DNA of 64,000 nt from positions 768,001 through 832,000 of the forward strand of contig OY969811.1 of the NCBI GenBank assembly GCA_963703315.1, read 5' to 3'. Below are positions 9,936-19,783 of this stretch, in pieces. Numbering within the stretch: the first letter of the stretch is position 1; each line of letters begins with the position of its first letter. The translations under genes and the position numbers were made by a program. The notes beneath the pieces were generated by a model that was given only the letters and a program-made list of their open reading frames with translations, was not told the origin of the DNA and did no database searches. The DNA comes from an uncultured cyanobacterium (GTDB lineage: Bacteria; Cyanobacteriota; Cyanobacteriia; Pseudanabaenales; Pseudanabaenaceae).

Positions 9936-12900
9936 ATGATCGCCATACCTAAATATCAAATCCTTGAGAAAATTTATGAAGAAGGAAACTCTCAAGTTTA
10001 TCGAGGTATTCGTATAGAAGATAACTTACGAGTAATTCTTAAGGTATTAAAAATAGAATTTTCAAATATTCAAACTATAGGAAAATACAAATTAGAATAT
10101 GAAATTATACGGGGTCTTAGTTCTGACTTTGTAATTAGCACCTATGGCTTTCAGCAATATGAAAATAGATTTATCATTATATTAGAGGATTTTGGTGGTG
10201 AGTCTTTAGCACAGATCCTAACATTGCAGAAGATTGATATCATTGCCAACCTTAAATTAGCAATTCAAATTAGCGAAGGACTAAGCCAAATCCATGCAGC
10301 AAATATTATCCATAAAGATATTAACCCATCAAATATTGTTTTTAATTCCCATACAAATACATTGAAAATAATTGATTTTGGTATTGCATCGGCGTTATCA
10401 AAAGAAAATTGGAATCTTGATCATCATGATTTTTTAGAGGGAACTTTAGCCTATATTTCTCCTGAACAAACGGGGCGAATGAATCGATCGCTGGATTGTC
10501 GTACCGATATTTACTCAATGGGTGTGACTTTTTATCAAATGTTTACTGGGCGCTTACCCTATACCTCTAACGATCCATTGGAGTTAATTCATTATCATTT
10601 AGCGATGAAGTCGATCGCTCCCTGTTTAGTTAATGCACAGATACCATTGATGCTGTCTCAAATCATTCTCAAGATGTTGGCTAAAACTACTGAGGACAGA
10701 TATCAGAGTGCATGGGGTGTCAAAGCTGATCTAGAGAAATGTTTAAATCAGCTAGAAACAAAAGGAAAGATTGATATTTTTCGATTGGCGGAACAGGATA
10801 TTATTGACAAGTTTTTGATTGCTGAAAAACTTTATGGTAGAGCTAAAGAAGTAGAGGATTTATTAGCTGCTTTTTCGAGGATTACCGATGCTCAAAGCGA
10901 TCGCGTTGAGATGCTTTTAATATCAGGATATTCTGGTATTGGTAAATCTAGATTAGTACAGGAAATCTATAAGCCAATTACCCAAAGCCGCGGATATTTT
11001 ATTTCAGGAAAGTTCGATCAATATCAGCGCAATATCCCCTATTTTGCAATCATTCAAGCATTACAGAGCCTAATTAAGCGCTTACTCACAGAAAATGAGG
11101 ATAAGTTAAATCAATGGCGATCGCAAATTATCAACGCATTAGGTATAAATAGCTATTTGATCACTCAAGTAATTCCTGATTTAGAATTAATCATTGGTAA
11201 ACAAGAGACCAACTTAATTAGATCAAATGTATCTATTAATGAATCAGAAAATCGGTTTAATCGTGTTTTTCAAAACTTTATTCGTATTTTTGCCCAATCA
11301 GAACATCCTCTGGTGATTTTTTTAGATGACTTGCAATGGGCTGATCGCGCTTCTTTAAAACTGCTCCAAATCTTGGCAACTACCACCGCAAAAAATTCGC
11401 TGCTTTTGATTGGAGCCTATCGAGATAATGAGGTGAGTGAAACACATCCGATGATGCAAATAATGGAACAAATTCAACAGGCAAATGGTAATCTGAGCCA
11501 TCTTTTCCTATCAGCACTGAACCTCACCGATATTACACAACTGATTGCTGATACCTTACATTGTTCAACCACAGAAGCTTTATCCCTAGCAGAATTAGTC
11601 CAGCAAAAGACTAATGGTAACCCCTTCTTTATGAATGAGTTTCTCAAATCTCTCTATGATGAAAATTTGATCAAGTTTAACTATCAACTACGCAAATGGG
11701 AATGGTCGATCGCTCAAATTCAGGAACAGGACATTACCGATAATGTTGTGGAACTGATGACAGCTAAGATTCAAAAGCTGAGCGATCGCACACAGGATTT
11801 ATTACAGATTGCATCCTGCATCGGCAATCAATTCGAGCTTGGCACACTTGTCCTTGTATCAGAGTTTTCTCATGGCGATGTTGTAAGGGCCTTAAAAGAA
11901 GCCATCTCAGTGGGATTAATATTGCCTCTTAGCAATACTCACCAAGCAATTCACTTCGGTATCGAGGTAATAAATGAACAGTCTGCGATCGCTTATAAAT
12001 TTGTCCATGATCGCGTTCAACAGGCTGCATACTCGCTAATTTCTGAAGCCAATCAAGTAAAAACTCATCAAAGAATTGGACAGCAATTATTCAAAAATAC
12101 TTCTACTTCAGAATTAGAAACAAAGATTTTTGATATTGTCAATCAGCTTAATTGGGGACTAGATCTGATTTCATCGCCGCAAGAACGCGATCTACTAGCT
12201 CAACTTAACTTAATTGCGAGCAAGAAGGCTAAAGCCTCAACTGCTTATAGTGCCGCCTTCAACTATGCAAAAACTGGTGTGGGATTATTAGGGAACGAAA
12301 GCTGGTCATGTCAGTATGAATTATCTTTAGATCTGTACAATTTAGCCATAGAATCAGCCTTTCTAAATGGTGATTTTGCTCAGATGGAAAATTGGGCAGA
12401 AGTAGTTTTTAATAATGGGAAAACATTACTAGAAAAGATTAGAATCTATGAGATTCTAATCCAATCCTGCGTTGCTCAAAATCAGTTGTTTGAAGCAATT
12501 AGAATCGGCATTGAAACCTTACAATTGCTAGAGATCGAAATCCCCACTCATGCTTCTCCAGCAGATGTTGGCTTGGCTCTGCAATCCTTGCAATCTATTC
12601 TCTCTCAACAGCGCGTTGAAGATTTACTAGAATTTCCATTAATGACCGATGAGATCGCCTTAGCGGCGGTTAATATTCTTTTGAGTATGGCGGCCGCAGC
12701 TTATGTTGCGGCTTCAGAATTATACATTTTTGTTGTACTCCAACTGGTTCAGCTATCGATCGCTAAAGGGAATGCAGAAGGCTCATGCTATGGATATGCC
12801 GCTTATGGCTTAATTCTCTGCTGTTTTATGAATCAAATAGAGCATGGCTATCAGTTTGGACAACTGGCTCTGCAACTTTTAGATCGATTTACCTCTCAGA

Positions 12901-15900
12901 CTTTGAGAGCCAAAACTCTGCATATTGTTTATGTGTTTATTAATCACTGGAAATATCACCTGCGAGAGACTTTAGCACCCCTATTAAGTTCTTATACAGT
13001 CGGCATTGAAACGGGAGATTTTGAGTTTGCCGCCTATAGCTTATGTCTGTATAGCAATTATCGTTACTTTTCGGGTAGAGAACTAACCGAGCTGGAACTG
13101 GAAATGACTGAGTACGCAACGCTCCTCGCCCAAACCAACCAACAAACACCTTTAAAATGGCTGCATATATACCACCAAGCAATTTTGAATTTACTTGGTA
13201 AATCCGCCGATCCTTGTAATTTAACGGGCGAAATCTACAACGCTAAGGTGATGATACCAATACACGAACAAGCAGGCGATCGTAGTTCTTTGTGTCTGTT
13301 GTATTTTCATCAGCTAATTCTTTGTTATCTGTTTGAAAATCATGCCCAAGCCGATCATAATACTTCCCAAGTAAGTTTGTATTTGGAAGCAGGAATCGGC
13401 ACCAAATGCTATGCCCTATTTTATTTTTATGACACGCTTAATCAGTTAGCAATTTACTCAGAACTTACGCCTACTAATCGCGAACAAACGTTAGTAAAGG
13501 TAGCGGAAAATATAGCTAAAATCGAGCTTTGGGCTTCCCATGCGCCCATGAATTATTTGCATAAATGGCATCTCATCGTAGCCGAAAGATATCGAGTGTT
13601 GGGACAGACTTTAGAGGCTATGGAAGCTTATGATTTAGCGATCGCTGGTGCTAAAGCTAATGGGTACATTCAAGAGGAGGCTCTAGCTAATGAACTCGCA
13701 GCAAAATTTTATCTGTCTCAAAATCGGATTACGATCGCGAGAGCATATATGCAAGAGGCAAGACTGGGTTATTTAGAGTGGGGAGCTTTAGCTAAGGTTC
13801 AATATTTAGAAAGCCGTTATCTTGACCTATTGAGAATATTTTCAACCAATATCTCAAATGATATTTCAACCAATATTTCAACCAATAGAAAAGCAACCAA
13901 TAGAAAAGCAACCAAAGGTTCACATACCAGCATTTCACTTGGATCTTCTTCTAATAGTTTAGAAAATTTAGATATAGAGTCTTTTCTCAAGGCTTCCCAA
14001 GCGATCGCTAGTGAAATTCAGCTTGAGCGGCTTCTAGAAACTTTGATGAGTATTCTCATTGAGAATGCAGGAGTACAGACAGGTTACTTACTATTACCCA
14101 CTGATTTGTCCATTGATGCTGATTTATCCCACCAAGATCAATGGACAATTGCGGCAATTAAGACCATTGAATATGATCAGGTGGCTTTGCACTCAATTCC
14201 TGTTGATACAGTTACTACGGATGGTAATCACTATGTACCACTATCCATTGTAAATTATGTGATACGGACTCAACAGAGCGTAGTTCTCAACAATGCGACT
14301 CAAGTTGGTGATTTTCAAAATGATCCTTGGATTGTTCAATATCAGGTCAAATCATTGCTATGTCTACCCCTATTGAGTCGAGGCAACCTTAGTGGGATCG
14401 TTATTTTAGACAATAAACTTGCTACCGATGCGTTTACAAGAGAGCGTTTAAAAGTTCTCAATTTACTCTCATCGCAAGCGGCTATCTCCATCAGTAAAGC
14501 TTGGTTATTAAAGCAAAAGGATGAATTAAATCAATCTTTGCAATCCGAAATTAGCGATCGCCTATTAGCTGAAAAAGAACGCGATCGCCTAGTGGCAATC
14601 ATTCAAGCCTCAACCGATATCATTGGGATATCATCACCGCAGGGACAAGTCCTTTGGAATAATACTCAAGCCAATAGAGTCCAAGGACTCCCACCTGATG
14701 CAGATGTGTCTGGACTAGATATTCCCGCCTATCATCCGCAATGGGCTTTAGAAATCATTCAAAATCAAGGTATTCCTGCGGCAATCGAGCATGGAACTTG
14801 GCTAGGTGAAACGGCTTTACTCACCCATGAAGGTATAGAAGTTCCTGTTTCCCAGATGATTATTGCTCATAAATCAGCAGATGGCAATTTGGAATATATT
14901 TCCACAATTATGCGGGATATTAGTGAAGCTAAAGAGCGGGAGGTCGCTCTTAAGAATTCAGAAACAACATTACAAAATTTAGTAGCAGGCACGGCGGCAG
15001 TTACAGGTGATGACTTTTTCCCTGCATTGGCAAAGCATATTGCAGAAGCCTTACACGTCAAGTATGCGCTAGTTACAGAGTTAATTGATGATCAGCTTCA
15101 TGCCTTAGCATTTTGGGCAAATGGTAGTCTCCAACCACCAATCGCTTATTTTCCTGCGCGGACTCCTTGCGAATTAGCGCTAAGAAATGGTGAGTATATT
15201 TGTGATAGCTTGGTGCAGCAAATATTTCCTGATGATGCTGATCTAGTTGCAATGAAAGCTGATAGCTATATGGGAATTTCGCTTCAAGATATGAATGGCA
15301 ATCCCATCGGTAACCTTTGTATTCTGGATGTCCATCCACTACAAGATATTCAACGGGCTAGCCAAATTTTACAAGTATTTGCGGCAAGAGCCGCCGCCGA
15401 GTTGCAACGCAAAGCCGCTAGTGAAGAGCTATATCAACTTAATCAATCTCTTGAGCTAAGGGTAAAACAACGCACTTCTCAATTAGAAGCAGCTAATCAA
15501 GAATTAGAGTCTTTCTCCTATTCAGTTTCCCATGACTTACGCGCTCCCTTGCGAGCGATCGATGGATTTTCAAGGCTGTTACAAGAAGACTATCGCGATC
15601 GCTTAGATCCAGAAGGTCATCGTTATTTAAAAATAGTCCGCGACAATGCCAAACGGATGGGAGAACTAATTGATGATCTCTTGAATTTATCTCGCTTGAA
15701 TCGTAAGGAAATGTTAAGGCGATCGCTTTCAGTAAATAGACTGATTCAACATATATTAAATGACTTCCACCCAGAGATCCAAAATCGCGATATTGAGATA
15801 ATCATTGCCGATTTACCTAATTGTGAAGCTGATCTTTCTTTGCTCACCCAAGTATGGATTAACTTAATATCCAATGCGATTAAATATACGAGTAAAACTA

Positions 15901-16172
15901 AAAAGGCGCGTATTGAAATCGGCTATCAAGTAATTAATGATCAAGGAACCTATTTTATTCGTGATAATGGGGCGGGATTTGATATGCAGTATGCCGATAA
16001 GTTGTTTGGTGTATTTCAACGAATGCACCTCGATCGCGATTTTGAAGGTACTGGCATTGGACTAGCGATCGTGCAACAGATCATTCAACGTCATGGTGGT
16101 CATGTTTGGGCGGAAGCGGCGATCGATCAAGGCGCGACTTTCTATTTTACAATTCCTGAAGTTTCCTCATAA
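9936..16172 (+). CDS. Hybrid Ser/Thr kinase-AAA ATPase-GAF-PAS-GAF-histidine kinase
   Basis: IHKDINPSN, DFG and YISPEQTGRMNR kinase motifs; GYSGIGKS and FLDDLQWAD ATPase motifs; GAF, PAS and GAF segments; SYSVSHDLRAPL H-box; DNGAGF and GTGIGL. ATG at 9936 preferred over TTG at 9882. Confidence 0.92.
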   Translation: MIAIPKYQILEKIYEEGNSQVYRGIRIEDNLRVILKVLKIEFSNIQTIGKYKLEYEIIRGLSSDFVISTYGFQQYENRFIIILEDFGGESLAQILTLQKIDIIANLKLAIQISEGLSQIHAANIIHKDINPSNIVFNSHTNTLKIIDFGIASALSKENWNLDHHDFLEGTLAYISPEQTGRMNRSLDCRTDIYSMGVTFYQMFTGRLPYTSNDPLELIHYHLAMKSIAPCLVNAQIPLMLSQIILKMLAKTTEDRYQSAWGVKADLEKCLNQLETKGKIDIFRLAEQDIIDKFLIAEKLYGRAKEVEDLLAAFSRITDAQSDRVEMLLISGYSGIGKSRLVQEIYKPITQSRGYFISGKFDQYQRNIPYFAIIQALQSLIKRLLTENEDKLNQWRSQIINALGINSYLITQVIPDLELIIGKQETNLIRSNVSINESENRFNRVFQNFIRIFAQSEHPLVIFLDDLQWADRASLKLLQILATTTAKNSLLLIGAYRDNEVSETHPMMQIMEQIQQANGNLSHLFLSALNLTDITQLIADTLHCSTTEALSLAELVQQKTNGNPFFMNEFLKSLYDENLIKFNYQLRKWEWSIAQIQEQDITDNVVELMTAKIQKLSDRTQDLLQIASCIGNQFELGTLVLVSEFSHGDVVRALKEAISVGLILPLSNTHQAIHFGIEVINEQSAIAYKFVHDRVQQAAYSLISEANQVKTHQRIGQQLFKNTSTSELETKIFDIVNQLNWGLDLISSPQERDLLAQLNLIASKKAKASTAYSAAFNYAKTGVGLLGNESWSCQYELSLDLYNLAIESAFLNGDFAQMENWAEVVFNNGKTLLEKIRIYEILIQSCVAQNQLFEAIRIGIETLQLLEIEIPTHASPADVGLALQSLQSILSQQRVEDLLEFPLMTDEIALAAVNILLSMAAAAYVAASELYIFVVLQLVQLSIAKGNAEGSCYGYAAYGLILCCFMNQIEHGYQFGQLALQLLDRFTSQTLRAKTLHIVYVFINHWKYHLRETLAPLLSSYTVGIETGDFEFAAYSLCLYSNYRYFSGRELTELELEMTEYATLLAQTNQQTPLKWLHIYHQAILNLLGKSADPCNLTGEIYNAKVMIPIHEQAGDRSSLCLLYFHQLILCYLFENHAQADHNTSQVSLYLEAGIGTKCYALFYFYDTLNQLAIYSELTPTNREQTLVKVAENIAKIELWASHAPMNYLHKWHLIVAERYRVLGQTLEAMEAYDLAIAGAKANGYIQEEALANELAAKFYLSQNRITIARAYMQEARLGYLEWGALAKVQYLESRYLDLLRIFSTNISNDISTNISTNRKATNRKATKGSHTSISLGSSSNSLENLDIESFLKASQAIASEIQLERLLETLMSILIENAGVQTGYLLLPTDLSIDADLSHQDQWTIAAIKTIEYDQVALHSIPVDTVTTDGNHYVPLSIVNYVIRTQQSVVLNNATQVGDFQNDPWIVQYQVKSLLCLPLLSRGNLSGIVILDNKLATDAFTRERLKVLNLLSSQAAISISKAWLLKQKDELNQSLQSEISDRLLAEKERDRLVAIIQASTDIIGISSPQGQVLWNNTQANRVQGLPPDADVSGLDIPAYHPQWALEIIQNQGIPAAIEHGTWLGETALLTHEGIEVPVSQMIIAHKSADGNLEYISTIMRDISEAKEREVALKNSETTLQNLVAGTAAVTGDDFFPALAKHIAEALHVKYALVTELIDDQLHALAFWANGSLQPPIAYFPARTPCELALRNGEYICDSLVQQIFPDDADLVAMKADSYMGISLQDMNGNPIGNLCILDVHPLQDIQRASQILQVFAARAAAELQRKAASEELYQLNQSLELRVKQRTSQLEAANQELESFSYSVSHDLRAPLRAIDGFSRLLQEDYRDRLDPEGHRYLKIVRDNAKRMGELIDDLLNLSRLNRKEMLRRSLSVNRLIQHILNDFHPEIQNRDIEIIIADLPNCEADLSLLTQVWINLISNAIKYTSKTKKARIEIGYQVINDQGTYFIRDNGAGFDMQYADKLFGVFQRMHLDRDFEGTGIGLAIVQQIIQRHGGHVWAEAAIDQGATFYFTIPEVSS

Positions 16173-16247
16173 GTAATGTAAAAACACAAAATAGCCAAGC
16201 TATTTTGTGTTTTTGCATTAATCACTGGGTTTAGTTTGTAAATTGAT

Positions 16248-16397
16248 TAGGACTTACGCAAACTAACCAAGAACTCAAGTTCTTGGCTGAAAGCTAAAGT
16301 CAGCTAAAGCAGACTAAAACACTCCTATGATCAACCCGTTTCAACGGGTTTAAGCTTTTAGCCTGTAATTTATTACAGGGCTGTTGCGTAAGTCCTA
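16248..16397. mobile_element. 150-bp MITE, copy 1
   Basis: 13-bp TIR TAGGACTTACGCA/TGCGTAAGTCCTA, flanking 5-bp direct repeat TTGAT, internal hairpins. Near-identical inverted copy at 21422-21571. Confidence 0.88.
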
Positions 16398-16555
16398 TTG
16401 ATATATAGAGATACAGAAGATTGTCTCTCTGCCTTCGTCAGGAAGACAATCTTCTGTATCTCACTGTTACTTAGCAGTTCATAAACTGTCATACTCTGTT
16501 GCAATTTATTGGAAAAGACCGTCATACTAAAATAAGCAATCTGAGAAAAGCCAAA

Positions 16556-19024
16556 ATGGATTTAGTAAATAATGTCAGAGCCAAGTTACTTTTAGATCAG
16601 CGCATGATCGGTTTAGTAGTACTAATCATGGCGGGATTTATTGGTAACTACTGTCGATGGACATTATTTTTTGATATAGATTTTATATTTGGCTCGATCG
16701 CTGTTTGGATTGTAGTTTGTTTGTACGGGGTGAGATGGGGAACCTTAGCGGGTTTTATTGCAGGGTATTGTACTTACATAATTTGGCATCACCCCTATAC
16801 AGTAATAACTTTTACCCTCGAAGCCCTATTTGTGGGCTGGCTATTTCATCGAAAACAGCAAAATAATATTGTGTTGCTAGATGGTTTGTTTTGGTTAGTA
16901 ATTGGGATGCCTTTGATCTGGTTATTTTACGCAAACATTTTGCGTCTTGATCAAACACAAGCTTTAATCATTTTAATGAAGCAGCCAGCAAATGGGATTT
17001 TTAACGCTCTGATCGCTAGCTTAATTCTTACCCATTCACCAGTTCATCGTTGGGTAAAACGTCCCGCCGCAATTAGTACCCTTTCCCTAGAGCAAACCCT
17101 ATTCAACCTATTAGTTGCTTTTGTTTCATTTCCCACGCTTATTTTAATTGTACTGGCAAGTCATCAGGTCGTTGGTGACCTGCAAAATATAGCGAGACTA
17201 CATTTATATGATTCGTCTCGTTATATGACAGTTGAGGTAAAGCGCTGGTATGAGCGACGACTTAGTGCAGTCGATGGGCTTGCTGAGTTGGTGTCTCTTC
17301 AGAGCAATGTCGTCAAACAAAATGCTGCCTTTGTCGGTCGCAGTTTCCCTGATTTTCGACATATTCATGTTTTAGATAGCTCAGGGGCAAAGGTTCTAGA
17401 GTTAGACAATAACACTTCTATGCCAGATAGTGCTTTTGATGAAGCTAAGTATTTTGAGCAACTGAAGAAATCACCTCAACCATTTCTCTCTCCAGTATTA
17501 CCAGTATTATCAGAAAAATCTTCTTTGTCGGTTGTTCTCTTGGGTGTGCCAATCCTGCGGGATGGCAAACTTGAAGGCGCTATTTTCAGTGAAATTGATT
17601 TAAATCGCCTCTCAAAGATTTTGCAAACTAGTTTAGGTGATGAATTATTACAAGTAACTCTAGTGGATCAGCAGCAAACCGTAGCTGCTAGTACGAAATC
17701 TGAATGGATTGGCACAAGAGATTTTGACTGGCGTAAAGATGGCAAAGTTAATCAACTTCAATCTGATACCTATCACTGGTTGCCAACTAAGAGTAGTAAT
17801 CTGATTATGGTGCAGTGGCAAAATTCTTTATATGTGCGGGAATTACCAGTTAGCAAAGCAATTCCTTGGACATTGGTTGTGCAGATTGCGGCAACTGCTC
17901 AAGCTAAACAAATTCAGCAAGTGCATACACGCAATATGGCATTACTCCTTTTGGTGGCAGGATTAGCTCTGATTTCTGCCACCCTAGTTAGTCGCCAACT
18001 CATTAACCCCTTAAATCAGTTAGCAGAAATTACCACAAATTTACCAAATAAACTCCTAGAACAGGAACCTGTGCATTGGTTACGGAGTTCAATTACTGAG
18101 TTAGCTATATTAGTCAAAAATTTTCGTTCGATGGCTTTTATTCTCAAGCAAAAGTTTAGAGAGATCAGTCTTGCTAATGAGTTATTAGAATTGCGTGTCC
18201 AAGAACGTACTCAAGCCTTACAAAAAGCCAATACTGAGTTAGAAATGGAGATTATCGAACGCCATGAAGCTGAAAAAGCTCTCGATCGCCTCAATGCGGA
18301 TCTAGAAAATCGCGTGATAAAACGCACCGCCGAGCTAGAAGCAGCTAACAAAGAACTAGAGTCATTTTCCTATTCTGTTTCCCATGACCTTCGCGCTCCC
18401 TTACGAGCTATGGATGGATTTTCGCGGCTATTGCAAGAAGACTATAGCAATCAGTTAGATTCTGAAGGTCAGCGCTATCTGAAAGTCGTTAGAGATAATG
18501 CTAAGCGCATGGGTGAATTAATTGATGATCTTTTAAATTTATCGAGATTAAACCGTAAAGATATTTCCAAGCGATCGCTTTCAGTAAATAAGTTAATCCA
18601 ACAAATATTAGGTGATAGTGATTTTCACTTAGCGATCACCAAGCGTCGAGTGGATATGGTGATTGCGGACTTACCAGACTGCGAGGCAGATATTTCTTTG
18701 TTAACACAGGTTTGGATTAATCTTCTATCCAATGCCATTAAATATACAAGCAAAGTCGAGAATGCGCGTATTGAAATTGGCTATCAAATAATTAATGATC
18801 AAGGAACCTATTTTATTCGTGATAATGGGGCGGGCTTTGATATGCAGTATGCCGATAAGTTATTTGGTGTCTTTCAACGAATGCACCTCGATCGCGATTT
18901 TGAAGGTACTGGCATTGGGTTAGCGATCGTCAAACGTATTATTCAACGTCATGGGGGCAATGTTTGGGCGGAGGCAGCCGTCAATCAAGGGGCAACTTTT
19001 TACTTCACGATTCCTACGGTTTAA
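16556..19024 (+). CDS. Membrane-bound sensor histidine kinase (multi-TM, Cache-like periplasmic region, HAMP-like linker)
   Basis: N-terminal TM bundle, SYSVSHDLRAPL H-box, NLLSNAIKY, DNGAGF and GTGIGL. ATG at 16556 preferred. Confidence 0.9.
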   Translation: MDLVNNVRAKLLLDQRMIGLVVLIMAGFIGNYCRWTLFFDIDFIFGSIAVWIVVCLYGVRWGTLAGFIAGYCTYIIWHHPYTVITFTLEALFVGWLFHRKQQNNIVLLDGLFWLVIGMPLIWLFYANILRLDQTQALIILMKQPANGIFNALIASLILTHSPVHRWVKRPAAISTLSLEQTLFNLLVAFVSFPTLILIVLASHQVVGDLQNIARLHLYDSSRYMTVEVKRWYERRLSAVDGLAELVSLQSNVVKQNAAFVGRSFPDFRHIHVLDSSGAKVLELDNNTSMPDSAFDEAKYFEQLKKSPQPFLSPVLPVLSEKSSLSVVLLGVPILRDGKLEGAIFSEIDLNRLSKILQTSLGDELLQVTLVDQQQTVAASTKSEWIGTRDFDWRKDGKVNQLQSDTYHWLPTKSSNLIMVQWQNSLYVRELPVSKAIPWTLVVQIAATAQAKQIQQVHTRNMALLLLVAGLALISATLVSRQLINPLNQLAEITTNLPNKLLEQEPVHWLRSSITELAILVKNFRSMAFILKQKFREISLANELLELRVQERTQALQKANTELEMEIIERHEAEKALDRLNADLENRVIKRTAELEAANKELESFSYSVSHDLRAPLRAMDGFSRLLQEDYSNQLDSEGQRYLKVVRDNAKRMGELIDDLLNLSRLNRKDISKRSLSVNKLIQQILGDSDFHLAITKRRVDMVIADLPDCEADISLLTQVWINLLSNAIKYTSKVENARIEIGYQIINDQGTYFIRDNGAGFDMQYADKLFGVFQRMHLDRDFEGTGIGLAIVKRIIQRHGGNVWAEAAVNQGATFYFTIPTV

Positions 19025-19040
19025 GGTATCGCATTTGAAT

Positions 19041-19135
19041 CTAAGTAGCTGGGCATAATCACAAAACTGTGATGCACGCGCAGCGTGCGCCACAGTTTTG
19101 TGGGTTTTATCTTTAATTGCGCCCAATCTGCTTAG
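19041..19135. repeat. ~95-105 bp hairpin element, family B (ends TAAGTAGCT, core GCACGCGCAGCGTGC)
   Basis: Related copies at 38485-38589 and 26438-26506; core only at 9844-9866. Confidence 0.7.
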
Positions 19136-19220
19136 GAAAAGTAAAAATCGTACTGAAAACAACTTAAAATTGCCATATTATCTTAACAATTCAGTGTAAA
19201 GCGCTGTAACATACCACCCC

Positions 19221-19676
19221 ATGACAGATAATCTTTCTCAACAACCTGTCTTTATCTTATTAGTTGAAGATAATCCTGCTGATGCTGAGTTAGCAATGCG
19301 AGCTTTAAGACGTGGCAGAATTAGTAACCAAATCAAGTTATTAGAAGATGGTGCAGAAGCTCTAGACTTTATCTTTTGCCGAGGGGAGTATGCTCATCGG
19401 GAAATCACAGATTATCCCAAAATGATCTTGCTAGATTTGAAGTTGCCTAAAGTGAGTGGACTAGAAGTTTTAAAACAACTTAAGTCCGATCCACGCACAC
19501 AAATGATTCCCATTGTGGTCTTGACTTCTTCGGCTCAAGATAGTGATGTGATCGAAAGTTATAAGTTGGGGGTGAATAGTTATATTGTTAAGCCTGTTGA
19601 TTTTGAACAATTTAATAAAGCGGTTGAACAATTAGGTTTTTACTGGTTGTTAATGAATCGATCGCCAACTCTTTAA
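19221..19676 (+). CDS. Single-domain response regulator, Rcp1-like
   Basis: [26 protein letters not shown] and [10 protein letters not shown]...FYWL motifs. Confidence 0.92.
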   Translation: MTDNLSQQPVFILLVEDNPADAELAMRALRRGRISNQIKLLEDGAEALDFIFCRGEYAHREITDYPKMILLDLKLPKVSGLEVLKQLKSDPRTQMIPIVVLTSSAQDSDVIESYKLGVNSYIVKPVDFEQFNKAVEQLGFYWLLMNRSPTL

Positions 19677-19685
19677 GATATTGCC

Positions 19686-19762
19686 AAGCAAAACTTAGAA
19701 GCGAGGTGCGGCGCTTCGCGCCGCACCTCGCTTCTTGGGTTTTATGTCCTAAGCAAAACTTA
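19686..19762. repeat. Palindromic element family A (GCGGCGC-N3-GCGCCGC core)
   Basis: Perfect 18-bp arms at 19697-19735; flank GGGTTTTATGTCCTAAGCAAAACTT is shared with other copies. Confidence 0.75.
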
Positions 19763-19783
19763 CCTCACCGCACTTTCAAAAAT

